Positions 20,742-35,383 of a stretch of 64,000 nucleotides of DNA are shown piece after piece. Source of the stretch: Hormiphora californensis (taxonomy: Eukaryota > Animalia > Ctenophora); contig CM035358.1 of NCBI GenBank assembly GCA_020137815.1, positions 7,564,001 through 7,628,000 of the forward strand, given 5' to 3'. The notes under the pieces were generated by a model. The model did no database searches and was not told the DNA's origin. It saw nothing but the letters and a program-made list of their open reading frames with translations. How positions within the stretch are numbered: the first letter of the stretch is position 1; every line of letters starts with the position of its first letter. The position numbers and the translations under genes were made by a program.

Positions 20742-22241
20742 AATCAATCAATCAATCAAAACTGCCGCTGGCAGTGGCTTGCGCCGCAATAAATCATATA
20801 ATGTCAAGAAAACCAGCCACACTGGACAAAACTGGGTGGGGATACAGGGTGGCGCATCATGGCTAATAACACGAAGACGGGTAAGGTCTTTTGTGTGCGT
20901 TTACCATGTTACCCCACCCTGGTACCCACCGTGTCCGAACAATTTGATTCACACGTCAAGGTAATTTTAATAATAGTAATATATAATGTGCTGTGAAATG
21001 TAGTGGTGAACAAGTATCAAGTCTCCCTCTCTCGTTCTCTTTCTCATCCGAACAAAAACTATACAAACACAGCTATCTCTCCCCTTCTCACATGTAATTC
21101 ACTCAATCTCTGATCTCAACAACAGAGCCTCTCCTGATTCTAAAAATCTTCTCTGGCTCTTGCTCCCTCTTCTCCTTCAATCTCGCAACGAGATCTCTTC
21201 TCTCAGTACGTTCCTCTACAGTTCTGTCTGGAGAAATAAACACTGATTGAAAATTCTCGGAGTCCCTCAGCTGAGCAGATTTCCCCAGAATGGTCCTAGC
21301 TGTTTCCCTGCTCCTCAGTACCACCCGAACAGGACGTACTCGCTCATCACTCCTCTTCCCCAGTCTACTGACCTCCGACAAAACAGGTGCCTCATCCAGA
21401 TGCTCGAACAATTCTTTCAATCTACTGGTGTCGTTACCATCAACATTCTCGGCTAACCCATGTACTATCAGATTTGCAGATCGGTCAACTGTAGCGCTGG
21501 CAAGGGCGGCACGGATTTTAGTTGGAGCTAATGCAGATGCACACGTCTGCTTCATGGTGGTAGCAGCGGTCTCAAGGACGGACGAATAACTGTTCATTTC
21601 CTCTTTTACGACAGTCTGGACAGCAGTAATGCTACTCTCTAGCTGAGAGTCCTTCATTGAGATAATGGTGTCTTTCAGTGCACTAACCTCTTCCTGAAGG
21701 GCGATCATTTTCCGGTCACGCTCCAGTAGCTCGTCCTTGACAGTGTCGAGACGGTTTCTGTTGTGCTCCAAATGTTCCAGAAGCTTCTCTACTTCCTCTC
21801 GGGACTGATCGAGTACAGGTACAGGTGTCTCCTCCACAGTCTCAAAATGCTTTCTAGCTACCTTTGACAGGGGCAGAGATCTGAACCAAAGGAGACCAGC
21901 CATGTCTGCAATCAACTTCACCTTCTTATTGGTATCAAGACTCGAAATTTTGCTGGTAGTGATTCTGCTCTGATCAAATTCAACAGCCTCCTTGTTGGAG
22001 TCAGGGTAGCCGCCGATTCTTCTCATGATAGCCAGGATTGTCTTCTCCAGCCGGATGAAGTCCGCTGCACCTGCATTATCGAAGGGAACTGAACGTTCCC
22101 ATGCTGAAAACGTCCGATCCATCTGGAACTGGTGGGGCCGGTACAGATGTACTAGGTCAGGAACACTAACAGTTGAACAAAGTATGCAGAGCGCTTGTAG
22201 AGATACAAAATAGATAAGTGAAATGTGAGAACTGAATAAAG
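20742..22241 (-). mobile_element. ORF1-only non-LTR retroposon (CR1/L2-type ORF1, ATG 22122 to stop 21103, no ORF2), (ATTG)n tail
   Basis: Coiled coil + RRM-like ORF1 motifs (NLIVHGLAE, RLGK..RPVRVVL, VFISPDRTVEER); 3' UTR ends in hairpin actgccagcggcagt and (ATTG)n; ends delimited by a duplicated host unit. Confidence 0.82.
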
Positions 22242-22382
22242 ATCTCTTGCATTGCTCGATCCTGTTTTCCCGCACCCCGAAAAATTAAAAGGGTTTGGAC
22301 AAAACAATAGATCTTTAGACACAAACATCTAGCTGAAAATCTAACATACCCCCCACCCCCCTAACAGAACTCTGAACTGTAC

Positions 22383-24991
22383 CTGAGCCACTATCCTCAT
22401 AAGCTACAACAGGCTGGTGTTGAACTTCACACTTAGAATCCTTCACATCATCAATAAAGTTGGCTGTGATGGCCTTGAACCCGCACTTTTGTACCAGCTT
22501 CCTGGTATCATCCTGGACCATCTGAGAAAGGAGTGTTTTAACTTTTAGTTTTTAATCAAATCGATAGTTCGAATTGTGATAAGTCGCAATAGAAGGAAAT
22601 ATTTTATTGTCCACTGTAGAAGTACAGTATTCAAATAACACAAGGAAAGTAACGCAATAACAACAGCCTCTATATTACCTGTTCGAGATGTTCCCCTAGT
22701 TGGTCCATGGCCCTTCTTATCGTGCCCCCGTCCACCCATGTAATCTCGGCACCCCTCTTTAACGGTAACACCCTTACCAGATCCCGCACCACCTCACTGC
22801 ACTGCCGGACCTTATCCACATCCATTACCCGATCAACAAGAGAGGCAAGGGTGGCATGGGTGTGTTGGTACAGAGGAGGGGTTAGGGGCCGGCCCTTACT
22901 TGGTCGTCCCAGGGGTGTCCGGGTGAAGTTTTCATCAAACTCAGCGGGTTTCTCCTCCGCCACAGCGGGAGGAAGCCCTGGGATGGGTTGGGGTGGTGGC
23001 CATATCCCCGGGGCAGCGGGGATGAAGTCGAAGGAGGTTCCTGCAACAGGGGCTGGAGGTGGAAGTGGAGGTGGTAAGACCATGCTAGGGGGTAGTTGCA
23101 CGGTCGTTGTTTTTCCAAGGGTTGTTATTGGTTTACCCTCCCCTTGGATAGGAGGTGGAGGTAATGTGATCGTGTTATTGGGGTGATTGATTATGATAGG
23201 TTTTATAGTTTTGATGGGCATATTTTTCTTGGCCCTTTTAGCGGCTTTCCGTTTTTGGCTCCTTGTCAGAGGCATTACGGAGACTTCCGGTTGAATTATC
23301 GGTGTTTTAGATACAGGTTCCTTTCCCTTACTGGCTGAGATAGGCGTGTTCATGCTGGCCGACACAGGCGCTTTTCCCTTGGTGGCTGAAACAGGCGCCT
23401 TCATCCCCATCGTCATTGAAATACACATCTCCGCAATTTCATCAGATGTCACAGCTTGTGTTGTCTTAGCTGGCGATGAAGCAGCAGTGGAGGAAGGAGG
23501 AGGTAGAGGGTTAGCCATCATGCTCATTGGCTGTCGAGCTGTTGTTGCAGGTTTCTGTTTGTTAGATAGCGGCTGATTTACTTGGGTTGAAGGTCCTGCT
23601 TTTTGAACTGGAGTTTGTTTAGACTCGACTGTGGGCTTAGGAGAAGGTTGATTTTTCGGAGGCACCTGAGATTTTGGTGGAGCTTGTGGTCCGATCATTC
23701 GAACGGCCGGGGCTGCTTTAGTTATAACTGCAGATTGTTTCGTCTGAGCACCACTTGGGTTAGCCGGGACCGGAGCCGTTTTAACTTGAGCCGCAGCTCC
23801 TGGCTGTGTTGGAATCTGTTTAGCCTGACCCGGAGTCTGTTTGCCCTGAGTGTGCCTGGACTGACCTGGATTCTGTTTCCCTTGGGCCTGAATCTGTTTA
23901 GCTTGAGCTGGAGAGTTCCTTCCTTGAGCTGGAGAGTTCCTTCCCTGAGCTGGAGAGTTCCTGGCCTGAGCGGGACCAAGTCGTCCACTAAACACTGAAG
24001 ATTGTTGCGGTGAACCACCTGCTTTGGTTGCCTGTATCATATCTTTCAGCTGAGCATTAGTAGGAACAGAGGGTGCAGCAGAGAATATCCTAGACGGGTC
24101 TGGTTTTGAATGGGACAGCATCATTCTTGATGGATCTGGTTTAGAATGGGATAGCATCATAGACTTCTTGTTAGGGTCAGCTGACTTCGGGGCAGTACTA
24201 CTTTGATCTGCCTCTGAAACAAAGTGATACCTTTCATACCATTCCGCAGAGTGCATGACTCTCTCCTCACCTGACTTTTGTCTCTTTTGACGTCTACCGG
24301 GACTTGGTCGCCTGTTTGCCGAGTTTCGGCCACTATTTTCCCGGGAGCGACGCCCATTAACTCGAGACAGGGGACTGGCACTTCTATTTCCACCGTGCTG
24401 GGGATAATGCTGATATTCCCGGGGTTGTTCCCTCATATATCGTTCATCCCGATACCTATCATGTTCCTGTTGTTGTGGAGGTGGGTCTGTACCAAGATAC
24501 TCGCGGCGATCGTACCCTTGGTGGGGATGATGAGGGTAGTGATCAACCTCCCCCGGGTGATGGTACGATCTTCGTGGGTCGTGGTGCTCCTCGCCTCTAT
24601 ACCTTGCATCCTTCAGAAACGAGTCAATTGATCTGGGTTCATTGTCCTCCTCACGAAACACAACCTTTCTCCCAAGACGAGAGGGTGGAGGGATGTGACG
24701 TGTAACTGTCAGTTGGAGAGGTGATATCTCCTGAGGTCGCTTTGTAAAGGGTGGCAAAGGATCTGTGTGCTTGGTGATCAATAGTCTCGGCGGTGGCTCG
24801 TTCGCCATGTGGGAATGGGCGTATCCTCGGTCTTCCCAGGCCTCTCCTCCTCCACCAGCTGCGTAGTAGGGTTGAGTGAATTCACCCAGGGAGGGTTCGA
24901 GGTCTCCAAAGGTTGGTATTTCAGCATAGTCTAGTTCTCCTGCACCGCGATTACGTTTTCCCTTACCTTTCCGATGCATTGACGCCGCCAT
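22383..24991 (-). CDS. Large low-complexity (P/Q/R-rich) protein of unknown function; exons 24991-22679 and 22521-22383, continues downstream
   Basis: 773-codon open frame with acceptor tttag|gt ATG, donor after EHLEQ, next in-phase exon MVQDDTRKLVQKCGF; internal GRNSPAQ and MMLSHSKPDPSR repeats. Confidence 0.72.
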
Positions 24992-26050
24992 ACCTAAACT
25001 GCATTCACAGGGGATTGTTAAAATGTATTTATGAGCCGATGAAATAGTTTAGATCGCGATAAACAGGCGTGCAACGGCGGTATTTGCCTCACAAACGAGC
25101 ATTTCAGAAGTTTAAAATTTAGCTTTCTGAACGGGTCGTGTTTGAGCATAAAATTTCAGAATTTGAACATGACGACGCGCTCGGACAAACGCGCAAAAAC
25201 AGTCCGCGCACCATCACTGCCAGTTCCCACGCTCTGCGCAAAAGAACCATGTGGCGTGTCATCGCGCGTTACAAACTTCTTCCAGCCGCGCAGTGGGCGA
25301 AGTGCCAGTGCAGATTTGAGATTTGTCTGGCTTCTGGATTCGGCAGTTGAGACGGTTTCGGTTTTCGAAATGGAATGGCCTGCCAGCTTGGGAGTTGGGC
25401 CTTGAAGTTCCACACTCTTATTGATGTTCAGCCTCTAACAGAATTCTGTCTGGCTAGTTATAGTGGAGGGGTTTATCAAGAGAAGATGGGAATTATGATA
25501 ATAAACGTATCCCCTGACCCCTTACTCAACAAATCGTATCCCCTTTCCACGCTAAACACCACTCCTACACCATGATACAGTTACACTAAGGAAGAGGCGA
25601 CACATTTCTAATGTAAAAGTAATGTGAACAAACAGTTAAATTAATTAAACCATCAAATATGAATTAGCTAATTTATAACCACACACTTTGTCAATCAACT
25701 GGCAAGTTGGTGACAAACGCTCGCGTGTACCAGTTGTCTCTATAACTACTCTCAACTGACAACTCTATACTACTTGTCTATCCGACTTGTCTATCCGACT
25801 CTATACTACTTGTCTATCCGGGCCGACGCGTCGGCCTTTTTTCACTCGACAATATTCGGTATTAGCTAATTTAAAAGCTACCATAAATTATATTGTTTTT
25901 CGGAAAATAACAGTCATTTGAACGCACCATGGTTCATGCCTAAATATACCCACAATTAATCACTTTGATTGAGTAATAACCACTGATACACAGCTGTTTC
26001 AATTGATCAATCTAACTGTGATCTGTCATCTAGTTGTTGTGATCTATAGA

Positions 26051-28461
26051 TCACCTAATGCTAGGTAGCAACTTGATTCTAGTCCTCCAAATTGCTTTAA
26101 AATTGAAGACCGAACTAGCAAATTGTTTCACATCGGACCCCTCCTCTTCCGTGACCATTAACTCCCCAATTTTCTGCCTTTTTTCCTCCTGTTGCTCCGA
26201 AAACAGACTCTCCTGACTCATCTCTTTGATAAGGGAAACCCGGGGTGTCTGAGCTGACTTCTTGAGGATACCTCGAAGGGGTTTGTCGGGGAGGCCACCG
26301 TCTGAGAGGGTTCGGGATCGGGGTACTTTCCTCTTGTTTGTACAGGACATCTGAGGGAGGGAGAAAGTGTTAAATTTGGACTGTTTTCATGAGACTCAAT
26401 CTAGTCTCAATATAAACTCAACTCTCAATCCACTCTCCTGGCCTAAAAACACAACTCAAATAGTCAAATACCATTATTCCATCTTCTTACCAGATCACTG
26501 TCGCTCATTCTCCTGTTCCCCAAGTTTGCCGGGTCATTCATGGAGGTTCTTCTCTGTAGCAGTCGGTTAATGTCTGGGGGAGGGAGGGGGTTATAATGAG
26601 GGGGAAGAAAGTTTCAGACGGTGCATACGGTAAACTGTATGGCACATACGGTACGTCGGTACAGACGTGACGTAAAATTTACATGTGTGATGGAAAATGG
26701 CAGCCAATAAACTATCAAATTGTACCAGTCAGTACCAGAACAGGCTATATTTTATTTTTAACTAACATTGGCAATTTCCAGTCAACACTTCCAATGTACA
26801 CTTTACAGCAGCTGTATCACTCTCGATATTTTACAGAAAACATACAATTATTTCTCAGTAATGAAACCCTAACTAACTAAGAATACTGCTATGTATTATT
26901 ACAAGGGAAGGTACTACACCGCATACTCTCTCTTGTTATGTTTAGAAACTCACCGGCCGCGGCCTCGAACAGTTTCTGATCAAGGAAGACCTTCATTTCT
27001 GAACTCTTGTACATTGAGGATGGGAGGATACCGTGATCATTCAATTGGAACAAATCAGCTCCTGAGAGAGGGGGAGAGGGGGTTAGAATATTAGGGCAAG
27101 CCCTCTTTTACTGAAACGTATTCAGGGTATAACAGATCATGGAATTTGGGGGGAAGGATGGTAAAAAGTAGGGCCCTACCTAATTACCATGATCAAGAGT
27201 TCATTAATTAATTACCGTGATCTAGAAGGAGGGTGGTGATAGGAAGGTTATCGTTAGCTACTGCGTAGTGAAGTGCCGTCTCCCCATCCTCATCCTATAT
27301 GGGAGGGAGGAGATGTTAGATGTTAGATAGATTGTGTCACAGAGATCAGAAAAAGCAAAACCGCCCGTAAATTACATGTTTCATGATGTTGTGAACTGAC
27401 AATGAAACAATGACGCTTTTCATGTTACCATCCCATTATATTTAGGTACCGGCAGGCACCTCCCACCCTGTCACCATGTTTCCAATACATACCTGCATAT
27501 TAATGTTGATTCCACTGATGGCAAGAATGCACCTGGTAGCCTCCAACCTGTCCTTCTTTACACACACATGCAGGGCGTGTTCCCCGTGAATACTGAGTTG
27601 TTGCTCCGCTGCATCCACCACTCCATCTAACACACAGGATAACTCGGCTAGGTTCTCTGGGGAAGGTATATGGTAGGGGGTTAGAGATAACAAATATCTG
27701 TCATAAAGTTTTTCTATAGCTATAGGTTCTTTAGCTTTTCTCTACTGCAGCTATATTAGGTTCGTTGGAAGCAGGACTTGAAGGAGTTAAAATAGTTAGT
27801 ATTTGCGTCTTGACATTACTAAGTGTGAATTAATTTTAGGAGCCTGAGAGACTGATATAGAGTTACAGAGTGTTACAAAATTTATTTCCGGTTAATTTTG
27901 GTGCCTAAATCTGTAACAAGCATTCTCAGCTAACAGTGCAGTAACTCTCTCCAGTTTCCTAACACAGTACCACACTGCACACTCCAGTCTCCTAACAGTA
28001 ACACACTGAGCCGAGAAGTAACCCTGAATAACTCGTATTGTATAGTTAGAGGCTGAGTTAGGTAACTCCCATGTTATAACATCCTAATAATAGGCGTGGG
28101 CTACGTTTATTGTCAACCTTATAAGGCTTTATAAACCTTACCCTAACAGAACCGAAATAAAACATTTACTTTTTGACGAACACACAAATCGACAAATCAA
28201 ATTACTGAACAAATCAAATCCCATACAACAACTAATTTTCTAAATTGTGCGTACGATACTGTATCATAAATTAGGACTACATGTTTACTACAACACTGCA
28301 CTCTACGTCTCTACTAATTGTCTATTCGACTGTAGTACCTGATTTGATAGCGTCTTCTAGGACGGTAACGTACCTGATTTGATAGCGTCCTCTAGGACGG
28401 TAACATCTGTAAAGGAAACCTTCCTGTCCCGGGGCAATTGTCCTCCCTCACACACAATCAT
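26051..28461 (-). CDS. Ankyrin-repeat PP1 regulatory subunit (PPP1R27/PPP1R12-16-like), 6 exons
   Basis: RKVSFTDVTVLEDAIKS (RVxF motif before ankyrins)/ENLAEL..GEHALHVCVKKDR/DEDGETALHYAVANDN/GADLFQLNDHG; C-terminal GILKK (SILK-type) then RVSL; phases consistent. Confidence 0.8.
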
Positions 28462-31400
28462 AGACTTGAGCTATAGATATTAATTGATTAATTGTATAAT
28501 TAATAAAACTAACATACACAACTAAAGTACAATTGAAGTAACTACAGCTGTGGTTGCTTTTTCCCCTATACTTAAAAAAAGATAAGTTTATAATGGTTGT
28601 GATGTAACCCCAGCTGTGACTTCCTAAGCTATTATACTAGGCTATACTAGGCTGTGTGGCAATTAAAGAATTACCGCAAACGAAGGCTACGGTTGGATAG
28701 GACAAAAGTTGTTTTCAGAATTTATCCGCACGCAAGATCCCAGTCAAACTAATCAAAGAGAGAATTTGGAATAAGAGATGGGATAGAGATTTTGTAAGGG
28801 CCGGACGGGGGCAACAGAGCAAATCTAAGTGGATACAATTATACACGCGTGGTGACTGTGTATTTACTCTCTCCCTCTCGGCTCTCTCTCGTCTTTGCAA
28901 TTCCGTACCTCTTGGCAACAAAAGTCACGATTTCGAGAACAGCAGGTCACGATTATTCAAGAGGAAAAAACTACAGGAAAACAAAATGTACAGCACGCAT
29001 TTCTCTGTGTAAGGGGTGAAATTAGAATTAGCGGGAAGACTGCCACGAACACAAAAAAGACCGGAAATTCTGTTTCTCTCTATTTCCCGTTTCTGACGTT
29101 CATCCGATATTCCCAACGACAGCAGCGACATGAATTGTACATTTTGAAGAAATGAACATTGGCCACGTGAGCCAGAGGTACACGTGGACTCACATGTGTG
29201 TAGACATAAAGCATTTACAGACAAAATGAAATGAGAGAAAATACTAAGAGCGGACAAGAGAGATAGAAAGAGACAAGAGAGCGAGTATATGGCTTGAATT
29301 CCTTCGACTAAGAGAAATGAAGTCCTAGGATGGACTGCTAGAGTGGAATTATACATTCTGAATATAAAATAGGGTACATCATATGAGGTATGAATCTGTA
29401 ATAACAGAATTAAAATCACGTCTCCTCATATTGAGACTTCACACTTTTATAGCAAGGTTTGTCTCAGGTTGTCTCAGGTTCCTTACTCCGTAAGGGTTGT
29501 CTCACAAAATACTGTCCTCTCCGAACAGGGACGCTGAGGTCCTGTGAGGAGAAGGAGAGCTGCGTACGCGAGTTTACAGTCATGCGGTATGACACAACAG
29601 GTCGATCTGCGTGACTAGCTATTGTAATGTATAATAGGAGGGCTCAATAAATGCCAGGTATATCTAAGATGAACTCTTGCATAAAGGGATAAATTATAAG
29701 ATGAGGTTAGGATAATTTTGTAGGGATAAATTGTAAGTTATAGACCACGGCATGGCATACCAAGATAATATAAAATTGCAGCTTCATGAGGCCTGTAGAT
29801 ATTTTCACAAAGGGGCTGGACCTAGTTTGGGCTTTGAGGCGATTTGTATCTAATCAAAGTGTCTCTAAACTGAATTCATGTTCGTGTTCTGACATATCAT
29901 GGCTAAAATAAAACATGTACCTACATGCATGTACCGTCCTATTGATAAACTATTCCCACGGTAAAGATAGACCCCACGTGGATAAGATAGTAAGATAGCT
30001 TGGAGTGGGTTAACGGGGAAGTTAAGTGTAGGAGGAAAGTGGAGCAATATGTGGATACGATCTTACCAGTCACATATAGTTCAAATGTGAAGACTATAAT
30101 AATTGCGAGGCAATCAAAGTCAAGTTTGAAAAGAAAGATGAGCCATCCAGAAATTGAACTCCAACTAGTGATTAACAAGATAAACAACAATATAATGGTA
30201 CTAAATCAATTAAAATTGACTGAAGCTTTCGAGAACACTATGTTTCACGTCTTCAGCTATCCAACCAGTGAGACTATAAAGCTTGTTCGTGTCGACAGCT
30301 CCATCTCTCTCATATCTTGATCAGTAGTCAACAAATGTAACAATTGTATTGACAGAGAAATGTCACAATTGATATCATAATTGTAGCCGCCATTGTGAAG
30401 AGGAAAAATCAACAACAGAATTGTTTGTCAACGCCGGTTTTTTCTCTCGCTTTCTCTCGCTCTTTCTCGCTATCACGCTTTCTCTCAATCCTGCTATCTC
30501 TCTATCTATCTTTTTTCATTATCATCCATCTGCCAAACCGCACGCTCAAGAAACCACACACATGTATCATCGACAACAACTGAAAACGTAGAGTGAAAGA
30601 TATATCAGACAATGCAGTGGACAGAGAAAGAAAAAGAACCAGCAAAGAGAGAAAAAGAACCAGCAAAGAGAGAAAAACTGGGCGTTTTGGTGTGGTTGGT
30701 ATAGTTAAAATGCAGTGTGTTATAGGGTGGTGACATGAGGCTGTAGTTGGGGGAGGGAGAGAGAAAGAGAGAGAAAGAGAGAGAGACAGAGAGAGAGAGA
30801 GAGACAGAGAGGGAGACAGAGAGAGACAGAGAGAGAGAGGCAGAGAGAGAGAGACACAGAAGAACATGGATCAGCCGGGATAGTTGTTTAACTTGAAATT
30901 GACATACAACGTGGCGTCTGCAATCTTGGTACGGGTAGGAACAGCTGATGACCTAGTCGAGTCTCGTACATTTTATTAGCAGAGACATGGGTGACGATTC
31001 CCTTGCTCGACCCTGTGACCTGTCTCACCGCGAAAAATAAAAAGGGTTTGAACAAAACAAGGTGACGATGGAGGAAGACATTTGAGAGAATCCTATCGAT
31101 AGAAACTAGATCACGATGAGCGATGTTACAGTTTGCAACACAAACTGAGAAGAGAGAATATCAAAGGATCATTATGACATTATATAGGGTTTTGATCACT
31201 GAGCTGTGATTTATAACTCCGGCCATCTACTCAGACTAAGTTTTGTCAGGAGCCCCCCCCCCCCCCCCCCCCCCGGATGTGGAAATATCACTTGCCACAG
31301 CTACTATAAATTTACAGGTTTCAGATGCAACAAAAAGAAAAGTCACTGCGAGGCGGCTGGGATATAAGAAAACGACCAGAAAGAAATCAACCCTAATCGT

Positions 31401-32324
31401 GTAATAAATGGCCACAAAAACTACGCTTGCACAAATCACAGGTGCCTATATAACAGATGCATGGGTATTACAATTAGGATATTTCTGTCACCTAAAGATG
31501 CATGGGTATATATCACAATTAGGATAATTTTAGCAAACAGACACTAAGAATTGTCTTTCCCCTGATTGAAGATATCACAGGATCTTGCATTCAAGGTGAT
31601 GTTACGATCACACCGCATATGTGATATTACTTCAGTCTATCATAGATCAAGTTTTATCAAGGAGCCCCCTCCTCCATCGTATCAAATGTGTTGGTGGAAA
31701 TATACTTGCATGCGGAATATTTAACTTTGCACAAAGGCCATGACGGTACTATCGTCTGGATATAAAAAACTCGAAAAACCGGAACCCCTAACTCGTATAA
31801 ATGGCCAAGTAGTTGCAACAGGTGCCTTATAACATCTGGTATATTACATGAATTCTTACTAATAATCATGGGGTGACTAATGAACTTTAGTGTGAACTAA
31901 ATGTTTCACGGTCATGTATGCATATATTGTCAATTCAGTTGGTGATGCTAACCAATGTGCCAGTACTTTTAGTCAATGTATATTGCATGTAGTGGCAATT
32001 GTAGATCATATATATACAATGGTTGTTGGATGAGATACTAATGTGGAATACTTGAGGCCATGCGGTATAATATGTATAAACTTTTGAAACCGGAACCCCC
32101 TACTATCAATGAGTGGAGTTAGACTAATGACTAATACTGGGGACTAGACTAGATGTATATTTTAACAGATGCATAATAATTCTGTCAAATTCACAATGGC
32201 CTGGCTGCATATTGCTGTGCAGTGCTGCTGCACACAATTGAATTGCAGTTAGTGAGCTGTCAAAGAAGAAGAGGCACAAATTTGTGGCTCATTCTAACTT
32301 GTTCTTCCTGCCATTATGTTTCCT

Positions 32325-32402
<78 letters not shown>

Positions 32403-35018
32403 GTGCTTTTGATACTCTGCTAATGCACCCTAGCTAGTGTTATTCTATTCATGCGAAATAATCTAATTAAATTCGAAGAGAGAAAGCAGCTGACAAGGAA
32501 AAGGCATTTGACAAGCTGCCGAGCACCCAGTTGTCGACAGTGTTGAACTGGAATACAGTGACATTGTGTAGCTCACACGGAGAGGGTTCGGCAGAGTGAC
32601 ACGGCATGAAGTTATTCGCCAGACTTCAGAAAATCAAGAATTCATGATAGTAGACATGTCGACAATGAACTGCTGCATTGAATTTAGTGAACGCGAGTAT
32701 AATTACAAGAAACACATGTGTTTCCTACCAATGACCACATGGTGTGTTTCATGTCTTTTGTATCCCGGATCCCCCCATTGTCTGTCCACACGTTCTGCCT
32801 CTTGTTCACATGGAAGACGCGGCAGAACAAAAGCGTGATGTTGATATGAAACAAACAGAGAAAGCACTGTCACGCACAGGCAATATGTGTCATGATATCA
32901 CCAAGATATTACTGTATGTGAATATGATGAAATATATCATATATGGCACCTTGAACTGCTCGCAAACAGTAGACGAACGAAAAACAAGGAGAACCATGAT
33001 GTAGACTGAATGCATTTCCGAGGATTTGTGACGCGTTATATATAAAACAGAGGCAGCTATATTGGACATGGAACTAAACGTCTAATAGGCCAGCGGTATA
33101 AGAATACAAAAGGAGAGACAACACGGTTATTATACGAGCTAGTTGACACAATTCGTACAGTTTGAGTAAAGTAGGTGTGAAACAGTAGCAGCTGAATGTA
33201 GAAGGGAATGAAAAGACAAAATAGCAGGATAATAGAAGATAAAGGAGGGGTAAAACTGACAAGTCATGAAGCTCAGATATCTGAGCTTCATGACTTGTTA
33301 TATACCCCGACGATATACACAACTGTCACAGCTATATGACGTGTTATCCTTCTCTTTCTTTATTCATCTGTTTAACTCTCTACTAAATCTAAAGCGCCTC
33401 CCTAGACGAGCCAAAAGCAAAAGAATACTCGAGAAAGTCCCCCTGAGAGGACTTCCAGACATTCCGCAACTTAAACGAGTGACGTCAAGACTCAAGAGCT
33501 GAAAAGATAAGAAATTGAGACTTTCGAGAGAGGTATGAAGTTGAACCGGCCACGACTGGACAAGGTGACGTATGCAAATAGAACCATCTAGAACTCGTTT
33601 TCTTCCACACATATAGCTTGGGTATAGTTTATCAGTTATCTCACAAGTAACGAATGGTATGATGATGTTATGTAATATATTGCTTTTAATAACTATCTAG
33701 CAGTGAGAGTTGGTATAGGATCACAGACTAGGATATTGCCTAATATATTACTATTTGGTGGGTCCTATAATAGGGTTATATTGGGCAACATCGAATAATG
33801 TAATGCTGTTCACATTCAATAGCGTCCCAGCCTATGTGATCCTAACATTTTGTACTGCTAGTGTATTCTTCAAGAGGGATCAGGGCTTCATTAAAACTAT
33901 CAAACATCAATTCCACGATATAGCTAAGAAATCTCAACATATAACATTAGGTGATACTCAGTAGGTCGAAACACACTAGCTGCACTACTCAGAGGATTTG
34001 GAGAGAACGCTAGGTGATATACTGGAGAGGATTTGGAAAGAATCCAGACTCCAATTGATCTGTCACCACGTCCAAGTTGTAGCAGCTCATACAGGCCGCC
34101 GTAACGTACTCCAGCCATGTAACAGCTTTGTAACAGTACTGTGTGACACGAATTATAGATATATGGACCTATGTTGGGCACGAAGTACCCCTGCTTGGTA
34201 TACTTGGTATATATTTCTTTCCACTCAAAGAAATTCGAAAGAAAGGAGGCAACAGTGGAAAAGGGGAAGTTGGGAATATGAATAGAACTACGTCGTAGAA
34301 GTATCGCGACAATCAACATGTGATGTAACACCGCGTCAAACAATCAAAACGTCACTTGAACACCAAGATATATCAGTGTCATCATTATCAGTGTGAATAT
34401 CACACGCTTACAAAATTCTTATTTTCAGTTTTCACACTACAAAACCCGGCTCAAAAACACCAGCCAACTCTAAAATAAATGGCAGCTTGTGTGTTTGTGA
34501 AAAAAACCGCATACAACTTCTGCCTGGAACATGTCCTAAAAATAGAGCTGCCGGGGGGGGGGACAGCTCATACAACAGAGCATTGTGTGTCCCGCATATA
34601 TCATCACACTATAATAGCAATAGGTTGCTGGCACTATATAGCATCCCGGAAACAGAGATATAGAGCCTCACAGCTAGCTGATCTTTACCAGAGACAACAA
34701 TTCATGCAGCACTGTAGTAAAAGATCTTCTGCATTTACCATTCATGTTAAAATATTCTCTCCTTGTAATTAATGCTGTAATTTAGTGGATATATGGGCGG
34801 GTGGTAATTCTTTAAATTATACACCAATTAAAAAGGAAGGCGAGATCTCTGCAACGGTTAATTTTCATCCTATTGGGAAGAAAAAAGACACGGGCGATCA
34901 CAACTTACAAACGGCAATACAAATTTGTGAAAATATATTTGCTTCAGAAATTAAGAATCGATTTATAAATTATGTGTTTTTACACTGTGGTTACATGGTG
35001 TGTGTGATTGTGTTACAT

Positions 35019-35383
<365 letters not shown>

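Noticed and set aside
22123-22275. N-terminal extension of the 390-aa ORF from a GTG start
   Set aside because: Crosses the element boundary at 22241 into host repeat; ATG 22122 is the likelier start
25821-25842. GC palindrome ggccgacgcgtcggcc followed by T6, like a bacterial terminator
   Set aside because: Eukaryotic intergenic DNA; single occurrence, probably a TE end, cannot be assigned
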